NCBI GenBank assembly: GCA_964291405.2
Contig: OZ219926.1
Coordinates: forward strand, 3,712,001-3,776,000
DNA: 64,000 bases
From: Thermodesulfobacteriota bacterium
GTDB lineage: Bacteria > Desulfobacterota > Binatia > Bin18
Direction: 5' to 3'
In this document: in pieces, positions 57,377 to 64,000 of the stretch
Position numbering within the stretch: position 1 is the first letter of the stretch
Layout of the letters: each line of letters opens with the position of its first letter
Translations under genes and position numbers: made by a program
The notes under the pieces: generated by a model
What the model was told of the DNA's origin: nothing
Database searches by the model: none
The model's input: only the letters and a program-made list of their open reading frames with translations

Positions 57377-57769
57377 CTAGCCGTTGATAAAAGCGTCTTC
57401 GCTATCGAGTTGAGTGAGGATTTGCATCCATAAGCCCAAGGTGACCCCGCCGCCGGGAATAGCCGCGGATTGGCCGGCCTCGAACAGCTCGCGCTTTGTG
57501 GCTCCATGTTCGATTGCCCGTTTGAGATGGGCCACGGCTCCTTCCTTCCGGCCCGTAAACACCAGAATGGCGGTCATGACCATTTCACGGTATTTGACCG
57601 GAAGGGCCTGACCCTCCCCGGTGCCCTTCTCGCCGTAGGCTCGGAACGCCTCAGCGTAGTCGGGGTCTTGCTGCTCCATCCAATCAAGAAAGGCGTACAG
57701 TTGCGGATCGGCTTCGGCGTATGAACTCGTTGCTACCCGTGCCGGTGCTGCCGCGTCGGATGCGCTCAT
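57377..57769 (-). CDS. Carboxymuconolactone decarboxylase/AhpD-like protein
   Basis: LPVKYREMV, HLKRAIEHGATKREL, PGG; GGAGG RBS. Confidence 0.75.
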   Translation of the reverse strand: MSASDAAAPARVATSSYAEADPQLYAFLDWMEQQDPDYAEAFRAYGEKGTGEGQALPVKYREMVMTAILVFTGRKEGAVAHLKRAIEHGATKRELFEAGQSAAIPGGGVTLGLWMQILTQLDSEDAFING

Positions 57770-57828
57770 AAGTGTCCTCCTTTTTCTTGGGCCATAGCAT
57801 CTTGGACCGTTGGGGCCAAGAGAGAAGC

Positions 57829-58908
57829 TTATTCTCGCCACTCCAGCCAACGCCCGTGGGCATGGGCAGCGGCTACGTGGCGTTTCGTATAGGCGCCGTT
57901 TTTGAAATCCCTGATGAGAAGCTGGGCCCAGCCTTCTGGGACGCCATCCAGGATGATGACGGAGACGGGTCGGGTTGCTGAGAATGCGGCTAACATCCCC
58001 CACAAGTCTTTGCGGGCTTCAGGCGAAAGTTGGTAGAGGACCATGGAGGCGTAGAGACACAGGTGTGAGTCCTGTGGGGCCTGGGCTAACAGGTCGGGCA
58101 AATGGGTAAGCGCGTCGCCTGTTACAATCGGAACCGTATGATCGCGGGCGATACGGGCGGCGGCTTCAGTTTCCTGGTGACGCTCCAGGTGTTCGGGAAA
58201 GATGAGCGCACGCAGCCAGCGCATGGCATCCGCGTCCGTCACGTCGATCGGGTTGATGTCGACCCCCGCGCGCCAGGCGATACGGAATTCTTCAGGCAGG
58301 GACGGGAGGGGGACGGTCCCTCTGACCTGGGTTGAAAGTTGAACGGCCGAGTTCTTGTCGCCCCACGTTCTGTTTGTCCCGGACGGATACTCATAGCGGT
58401 GGTAATAACGATCCCAATGGAGGTTCAGTCCGGCGCTGCTTCCGACCTCGATCATCGAGAGGGGCTGATTCCCGGACTCTCGTGCAAGCTGAGCAAAGAC
58501 TGGCAGAAGACAGGTCGTGCGGCGGACGACGTTGGTTTGGACCAAACGGGTTGTGATGAGCTGCCTGATTGTCTCGATGTGATGCCACACAAAGTCTTGA
58601 AACAGCGGATAAGTTTCCTTAGAGGGCGGACTCGGTGTTTTTTCTGAGGCAACCACGTCCGGGTAGAAGTCGCGCAAGGGATGGCGAACTCCGCCGAGAA
58701 GGAGATAATGCACCGCGCCGAACAGCAGGTTTGCCGACGGTTGCGAGGGCGGACAGCTGGCGGCGAAGCGCAGCATGTCGGGGTCGTCCAGTACGCCTAC
58801 CGATAAGGCATGGTACAGGGGCGAGCCGTTTTCTGGCGCCTGTTTCAGACCGAAGTTACGGAAGTAGGCGCGGACCTGATCGGGATTACTGCTTGGCTGG
58901 GAAGACAT
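57829..58908 (-). CDS. DUF2332-family protein
   Basis: SPLY, LLFGAVHYL, VQTNVVRR, EVGSSAGLNLHWDRY, GVDINP, WLRALIFPE, HAHGRWLEW. Confidence 0.85.
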   Translation of the reverse strand: MSSQPSSNPDQVRAYFRNFGLKQAPENGSPLYHALSVGVLDDPDMLRFAASCPPSQPSANLLFGAVHYLLLGGVRHPLRDFYPDVVASEKTPSPPSKETYPLFQDFVWHHIETIRQLITTRLVQTNVVRRTTCLLPVFAQLARESGNQPLSMIEVGSSAGLNLHWDRYYHRYEYPSGTNRTWGDKNSAVQLSTQVRGTVPLPSLPEEFRIAWRAGVDINPIDVTDADAMRWLRALIFPEHLERHQETEAAARIARDHTVPIVTGDALTHLPDLLAQAPQDSHLCLYASMVLYQLSPEARKDLWGMLAAFSATRPVSVIILDGVPEGWAQLLIRDFKNGAYTKRHVAAAHAHGRWLEWRE

Positions 58909-58972
58909 GGGTGAGCGCGTCTCCTGTCACAATAGGAACCGGGTTATCGCGAGTGATGCGGGCGGCGGCTTC

Positions 58973-59022
58973 TACTCATAGCGGGGATAATAACGATCCC
59001 AATGGAGGTTTAGTCCAGCACT
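58973..59022 (-). repeat. 50-bp imperfect duplicate of an internal DUF2332 segment (58388-58437)
   Basis: 45/50 identical by manual alignment; encodes SAGLNLHWDRYYPRYE versus SAGLNLHWDRYYHRYE. Confidence 0.9.
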
Positions 59023-59298
59023 TTCATACCTGGCCTCAGGCCAATGGCTTCGCCCGGAAAATATTGATGGCCGGCAATGGATTCCTCGAAGGATGCGCCG
59101 TCCTTCGTCGGTGCGAAGTGAAATGACCGACCCCATCCGAACTCCTATAAAGTCGGTAATCAGATCGTAAAACGCCTTTACCATGAGGGTGTACTTTTCA
59201 TTACCCTTCTCCTGGCTGTTACGGTACTTTGACAGGGTTTTGGCCGTGTCTTCCGGTCGAACCGCCTTGGAAATAGGATTATAAAAGTCAGTCGCCAT
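59013..59298 (-). pseudogene. Sterol C-24 methyltransferase (ERG6/SMT-like), frameshifted and truncated
   Basis: YTLMVKAFYDLITDF, a 1-nt frameshift at about 59146, then EFGWGRSFHFAPTKDGASFEESIAGHQYFPGEAIGLRPGMKVLD; matches SMT region I (YEYGWGxSFHF); broken just before the GCG SAM-binding loop. Confidence 0.82.
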
Positions 59299-60343
59299 TA
59301 TTGTTGTTTTCAGACAAGTTAGTGACTAGGCCGTCAGGGTAGAATTGCCGGTACCACCGATGCATTTTGCCTCTAGGACCAGCGTCCCTAGTCCATAAGG
59401 GGCGTTGCCGGTAGATTTTTCTTTTCCATATCTCCACGTCCTGCCGCCATTGCGAGACCCAGTTCCCAACCACATAGGACACAAGTATTCGTGGCACCCG
59501 TCGGGGGGCGAACCACCGGAAGGTCACTCGTTGTTTCAACGCTTCTACGGGGGTGTGCGTCTGGAATATCGTGATGGTGCCAATGCGTGGAACCTCAAGA
59601 TCGAATTGCACGATGCTGCCAGGACCGAGAAAGGTAGCGCGCCCCCGAGCCCTGGTGCTTTCGTACACCCGGCCCGCTATCTCCAGCGTTGTCTCGTCTC
59701 CAAAATAGGAAACGTGCTCAAGTTTGTCGTCGAGCGACCACGAAGGCTCGTGCCGAATTCTTATCCAAGGCAGTTTTATGCTGGTCCAGGGGATGCGCAT
59801 GGTACCGTGGAGTTTTGAAAAGTGCTGAAAGTCAACGCTATTTTCAGCAAATTCGATAATGTGCATTGCGACCTCGCCCGCGTCGTACTGGCCGCGATAG
59901 ACAAGCTGCCGGTTGTCAATGTTCGGTTGCGGCGGAAGTCGATAGGGTGCCTGCGCGTCCCGGCGCGCCGACCAGTAGACCATGGCCATACCGTAGTAGT
60001 CGATTGCTTTCCAGTGCCGATGGACGGCAGGTCGATCTTTGGCGCAGGGGTGGTCGCGAATCCTGCCGTTTCCGTCTAGTTGCCAGCCGTGAAAAGGGCA
60101 TTCCAGCCGGTCCCCCTTGACCCGGCCGTGAGCTAGGTTCGCACCCTGGTGCGGGCAGAATGTATCTACGGCCGCAATCCCGCCATCTGTCTTGCTGCGA
60201 AATAGGGCGATCTGCTCCCCCGCGCACTGAACGTGCTTTACTTCTCCCGGCCTGATTCCCCCGGACGCCGCTACCCTGTACCAGCCGTCCGGAAAGGGTG
60301 GCGGGTAAGTGAGTTCTCTATAGCGTGTCAGGTTGACGGACAT
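59288..60343 (-). CDS. Rieske oxygenase of the Neverland/DAF-36 (cholesterol 7-desaturase) / KshA family
   Basis: PPPFPDGWY, CPHQGANL and CPFHGW Rieske boxes, HIIEFAENSVDFQHFSKLHG mononuclear Fe motif, QDVEIWKRK, RWYRQFY. Confidence 0.82.
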   Translation of the reverse strand: MSVNLTRYRELTYPPPFPDGWYRVAASGGIRPGEVKHVQCAGEQIALFRSKTDGGIAAVDTFCPHQGANLAHGRVKGDRLECPFHGWQLDGNGRIRDHPCAKDRPAVHRHWKAIDYYGMAMVYWSARRDAQAPYRLPPQPNIDNRQLVYRGQYDAGEVAMHIIEFAENSVDFQHFSKLHGTMRIPWTSIKLPWIRIRHEPSWSLDDKLEHVSYFGDETTLEIAGRVYESTRARGRATFLGPGSIVQFDLEVPRIGTITIFQTHTPVEALKQRVTFRWFAPRRVPRILVSYVVGNWVSQWRQDVEIWKRKIYRQRPLWTRDAGPRGKMHRWYRQFYPDGLVTNLSENNNNGD

Positions 60344-60436
60344 GAAACAGCAGCCTCTCCTGACACGGAATAAAGTGCGGGCTATTCAAGGCCGTTTCCC
60401 TAGTTCAAGGTCTTGACAATCCGCCCAGAGTAGGAC

Positions 60437-61408
60437 TTATCCGCCAAAATAGCTCTTGGGATTTTCGACCATCAAGGTGTGAATGGTTCCCTCGCCTACA
60501 CCGGCTTTAGCCAGGGTTGGAATGATGTTTTTCAGAATATGGGAGTAATTACTGTTCGGACAGGCTTCGACAAACTGCTCCCAGGCTTTGCTGGGCCGGC
60601 CCAGCAGACAATGGACGGCATCGTGCGAGAGCATAATCCGGTCATAGCCGACGGCCAGCAGGCCAATCAGCGAGGCCAGGCGCATTTTATCCGGAGCAAT
60701 GATGTCAATGCCGAAACGGTCAAACCCGATCCACGCACCTCGGTCTAAAACGTCAAAATAATAACGCATATCTCCCACACCACAGGCGTGGCCGATGAGC
60801 ACCCGATTGAAATCCACGCCTTCATCTTCAAACACGTCCAGGGTCTCGCGGCCAAACGGGCCCAACTCGTCATTGTGACACAGGATGGGAACACCTGTGG
60901 CCTTATGGGCGCGGGCCGCTGCGCGCAAACAGGTTTCTTCGTGCGTCCCGATCGTTTTGGCGGTCTCGGTCATGCCCGGAATCCCGCCGGTCGCGGTTTT
61001 GATGAGGCCGGCTTTGATGCCCGTTTTATCAATGCCGTCCGTAATCTCCCGCACATAGATTTCGGCGATATCGTCCGCGGGCAGACTCCGGAAGTGGGGC
61101 GGAATACCGAGCGCTTCGTTGTACAGACCCGTGGCGACCACGACGTTCAGGTCGGATTTGTCCGCGCATTCCGCGGCAAATTCCGGGTCGCGACCCAATT
61201 CCATCGGACAGGGGTCAACAAACGAGGTCACGCCGAGCTCTTTGATCTCTTTGAGCTTTTCAACGGCGCCGGCGATTTCCTTTTTGCGGTCAAAACTGGT
61301 GTTGTCCCATTCATAGCCAGGGAAACCGACGGTTAAATGCTCGTGGATCAGGGTGAATCCCAAATCGTCGGTGGAACGGTCGCCGAGTACTGTCTGGACA
61401 TTTGCCAT
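60437..61408 (-). CDS. Phosphotriesterase-related (PTE/PLL) metallohydrolase
   Basis: VQTVLG, TLIHEHL, GRDP, ATGLY, GIKAGLIKTA, GHA, FDRFG, LSHD, VENP. Confidence 0.92.
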   Translation of the reverse strand: MANVQTVLGDRSTDDLGFTLIHEHLTVGFPGYEWDNTSFDRKKEIAGAVEKLKEIKELGVTSFVDPCPMELGRDPEFAAECADKSDLNVVVATGLYNEALGIPPHFRSLPADDIAEIYVREITDGIDKTGIKAGLIKTATGGIPGMTETAKTIGTHEETCLRAAARAHKATGVPILCHNDELGPFGRETLDVFEDEGVDFNRVLIGHACGVGDMRYYFDVLDRGAWIGFDRFGIDIIAPDKMRLASLIGLLAVGYDRIMLSHDAVHCLLGRPSKAWEQFVEACPNSNYSHILKNIIPTLAKAGVGEGTIHTLMVENPKSYFGG

Positions 61409-61444
61409 GGGGGACTCTCCTTTCCTCTCTCCTTGCTTCCTGTC

Positions 61445-62338
61445 TTAATGAGGTGCCACGCCAGCCTGCTCGATACCGTACTCGACATCCAGCGAGGTCA
61501 CCCGTCGCAGTTCACGCCGGTATGTCGTGTCTGCGTATGACCGGGCTCGGTGCATGGTCGCCCGATTGTCGTAGATCACGAGGTCTCCGACTTGCCAGGG
61601 GTGACGATAGACACACTCCGGTCGGGTAGCATGCTCAATCAGTTCGAGCAGCAGCAGGCGTCCCTCGGGGGTCGGCCAGTCGATGATTTTGGAGGCGTGC
61701 GCCGCGATGTAGAGCGACTTGCGACCCGTGCGTGGCAGGGTGCGGATCAGGGGATGAATCGCGCCCTTGAGAATCTCCTGCTCCGTTTGGGAAAACTCGA
61801 AACCCAGGACGTGGCGCGAGTGAGCGATTGAGTGATGCACGCGCAGCCCTTCAAGCCGGGCTTTCATCTCGTCCGATAAGCGGTCATAGGCCGCTCGCAT
61901 ATCGGCATACTCCGTGTCCGCGCTGACGGGCGGGACGACCCTGGCAAAGAGCATGGAGTAGCGTCCGGGCGGGTCCTGGAAGGACGCATCCGTGTGCCAC
62001 AGCCGATTACCCAGGCCGTACATGCGCTTGCGGTCATCGGCCTGATAGACTTCACCGTCCGCGTTGAGGTTAGAGACATCGGCCAATGCCTCGTTGCCCA
62101 GCCGGCTCTTCTGGAGGGCGCTGATGCCGGTCTTGGTGTGTAACTGGCCGTCCAGGCGTTGGGCGAAGGCCAGGTGCTCCTCGTCCGTGAAACGCTGGTT
62201 ACGGAAGACGAGCAGGGCGTACTCGTCCATGCCGGCGCGAATCTCCAGCAGCGTTTCAGGGTCAGTCACCTGGCGGAGATCAATGGGGCTGACCTCGGCT
62301 GCGAAATGGGAATGGAGTTTGCGAAATGTCAGGGACAT
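61445..62338 (-). CDS. TauD/TfdA-family Fe(II)/2-oxoglutarate dioxygenase (TfdA/SdpA-like)
   Basis: DVSNL, NRLWHTDASF, TEYADMRAAYD, GRKSLY, YDNRATMHR. Confidence 0.92.
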   Translation of the reverse strand: MSLTFRKLHSHFAAEVSPIDLRQVTDPETLLEIRAGMDEYALLVFRNQRFTDEEHLAFAQRLDGQLHTKTGISALQKSRLGNEALADVSNLNADGEVYQADDRKRMYGLGNRLWHTDASFQDPPGRYSMLFARVVPPVSADTEYADMRAAYDRLSDEMKARLEGLRVHHSIAHSRHVLGFEFSQTEQEILKGAIHPLIRTLPRTGRKSLYIAAHASKIIDWPTPEGRLLLLELIEHATRPECVYRHPWQVGDLVIYDNRATMHRARSYADTTYRRELRRVTSLDVEYGIEQAGVAPH

Positions 62339-62499
62339 GGGAATCGGTCCTTTCTCGAAAGCTGCTATACCACATCCCCGCCTGTCTTGGCGAGGGAGCG
62401 CGGCCCTCAACCCTGGCCCAAGATTGACAGCCCAATAATGCGCGGCATATGGTGCGGGTTCGTCGCCAACGACGAGACTGCTGAATGAGGAGGTTTTCT

Positions 62500-63378
62500 A
62501 TGGATATCGGTAAAGTGGGTGTCTGGTTTTTTCTGGATGGAATGACGGCTCCTGAAAGTGCCCAGTTCGCCCGGACCGTTGAGAAATCTGGCTATAAAAC
62601 CTTGTGGATACCCGAGGCGGTCGGGCGTGAGCCGTTTGCCCATGCCGCTTATCTGCTGAGTAATACCGAGCAGTTGTCCATTGCAACCGGAATTGCCAAT
62701 ATCTGGGCGCGGGACGCCTATACCATGGCCACGGCAACCAACACGGTGGCCGAGCTGTCGGGCGGTCGCTTTGTGCTCGGCATTGGCGTCAGTCACAAGC
62801 CGATCGTGTCCAATCTGCGCGGGCACGACTACAACAAGCCGTACAGCTATATGAAGGAATATCTGCCGAAGCTGAAAGATGTCTTTTATCAAGCGCCCAA
62901 ACCCCAAGAGCCGGCTCCCATTGTGATCGCAGCCCTGCATCCCAAGATGCTGGCCCTCTCCGCCGAACAGGCCCAGGGCACGCATACCTATTTCGTGCCG
63001 CCGGAACATACGGCCAAGGTACGTGAGCAGATTGGTCCTGACGCCTGGATCTGCGCCGCCCAGGCAGTGATCCTTGAGAAGGATGCGACCAAGGCCCGTG
63101 CCGCCGCGCGGCAGTATATGAAGACCTATGTCCCCCGCCTGCCCAATTACACCAACAACCTGAAAAACCTGGGCTGGCAGGACGCGGACTTTGAAGACGG
63201 GTGCAGCGATGCCCTGGTGGATGCCATTGTTGCCTGGGGTAGCGAGGAGCAGATTCAGGATCGTATCGACGCTCATCTCAAAGCTGGGGCCACGCATGTC
63301 TGCTTTTTGCCGGTCAAGGTAGACGACGAATCCCTGCCCGATATGCGTGCAGTTGAGGCTTTCGCGCCTGGTGCGTAG
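62500..63378 (+). CDS. LLM-class F420-dependent oxidoreductase (MSMEG_4141-like)
   Basis: WIPEAVGREPF, ATGIANIWARD, GRFVLGIGVSH, PKML, GTHTYFVPPEHT, AGATHVC. Confidence 0.9.
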   Translation: MDIGKVGVWFFLDGMTAPESAQFARTVEKSGYKTLWIPEAVGREPFAHAAYLLSNTEQLSIATGIANIWARDAYTMATATNTVAELSGGRFVLGIGVSHKPIVSNLRGHDYNKPYSYMKEYLPKLKDVFYQAPKPQEPAPIVIAALHPKMLALSAEQAQGTHTYFVPPEHTAKVREQIGPDAWICAAQAVILEKDATKARAAARQYMKTYVPRLPNYTNNLKNLGWQDADFEDGCSDALVDAIVAWGSEEQIQDRIDAHLKAGATHVCFLPVKVDDESLPDMRAVEAFAPGA

Positions 63379-63439
63379 AGGACGATGAATTCACCCACGG
63401 CAGCGGCCACATCCCTGGCCGCTGCGTCATAAACTTGCG

Positions 63440-64000
63440 ATGCCCCGTTCAGTCAGCATTGCCTTTCAGACGGATAAGCCCGTTTCGGCTTATGGGCCGC
63501 TGGCGCAAATCGTTGAAGACTACGGCTTTGCCGGTGTGAGCGTCTACAATGACATGCTCTATCAGCCCGCCTGGCTGCCGTTGCTGGAAATCGCGCGACA
63601 CACGACCCACGTCCGTATCGGTCCCGCGGCGGTCAATCCGTTTACCTGTCACCCCATCAATATCGCCGGCGATATTGTGCTTCTTGATGAAGCCTCGCAC
63701 GGGCGGGCGTACTTGGGCTTGGTGCGCGGAGGCTGGCTGGATTTTGTCGGCCTGCACCCGCAGCGGCCCATCACCGCGCTCCGTGAGGCGTTTGGCTGCA
63801 TTCGACATCTGCTCAGCCAATCGACCGAACCCTATCGGGGAGAGGTGTTTTCCTTAGCGGGCGGTGCGGCCCTACGCTGGAAGATACACCGGCCAGCGCT
63901 ACCTTTCTTGTTGGGGACGTGGGGGCGACAGACGCTGGCGGCGTGTATTGAAGAGATCGCAGAGGTCAAACTCGGCGGGACAACGAACCCGACCGCAGTG
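63440..64000 (+). CDS. LLM-class (Mer-like) oxidoreductase, 3'-partial
   Basis: Absent from the ORF track because it runs off the window; translates MPRSVSIAFQTDKP...SVYNDMLYQP...RIGPAAVNPFTCHP...LDEASHGRAYLGL. Confidence 0.85.
   Translation, partial: MPRSVSIAFQTDKPVSAYGPLAQIVEDYGFAGVSVYNDMLYQPAWLPLLEIARHTTHVRIGPAAVNPFTCHPINIAGDIVLLDEASHGRAYLGLVRGGWLDFVGLHPQRPITALREAFGCIRHLLSQSTEPYRGEVFSLAGGAALRWKIHRPALPFLLGTWGRQTLAACIEEIAEVKLGGTTNPTAV

Noticed and set aside
58972-59298. 108-aa ORF as an intact hypothetical protein
   Set aside because: It is a chimera of a frameshifted sterol methyltransferase start and a duplicated DUF2332 fragment
1-64000. CRISPR arrays, tRNA and rRNA genes
   Set aside because: No regularly spaced repeats or tRNA/rRNA signatures seen by eye; intergenic gaps are short

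Overview
Gene-dense, GC-rich bacterial chromosomal window with about 65 CDS; I found no rRNA, tRNA, CRISPR array, transposase or integrase. Housekeeping genes (cobA-hemD fusion end, hemB, mutS-mutL, phaE-phaC) sit among many catabolic oxidoreductases and hydrolases: five LLM/F420-type enzymes, two TauD/TfdA dioxygenases, GSTs, SDRs, amidohydrolases, a Dke1 homologue and a PQQ dehydrogenase with a Rieske partner. This repertoire resembles Binatia/Tectomicrobia-type deltaproteobacterial relatives (inference only). The main candidate for an undescribed system is a tightly packed 11-gene minus-strand run (36098-49193): hydantoinase/oxoprolinase B and A, SDR, copper amine oxidase, IorAB-type Mo-enzyme, SoxY paralogue with an AAC arm, SoxZ, cytochrome c, FccB/SoxF and a SoxX-SoxA fusion, with no soxB or soxCD. 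The second highlight is a sterol-modification cassette: a Neverland/DAF-36-like Rieske oxygenase coupled to a decayed sterol C-24 methyltransferase. Also visible are a diverged 166-bp duplicate of the soxA 3' end bracketing a higBA module and several decayed toxin-antitoxin modules. All calls come from motif recognition by eye; no searches were run.
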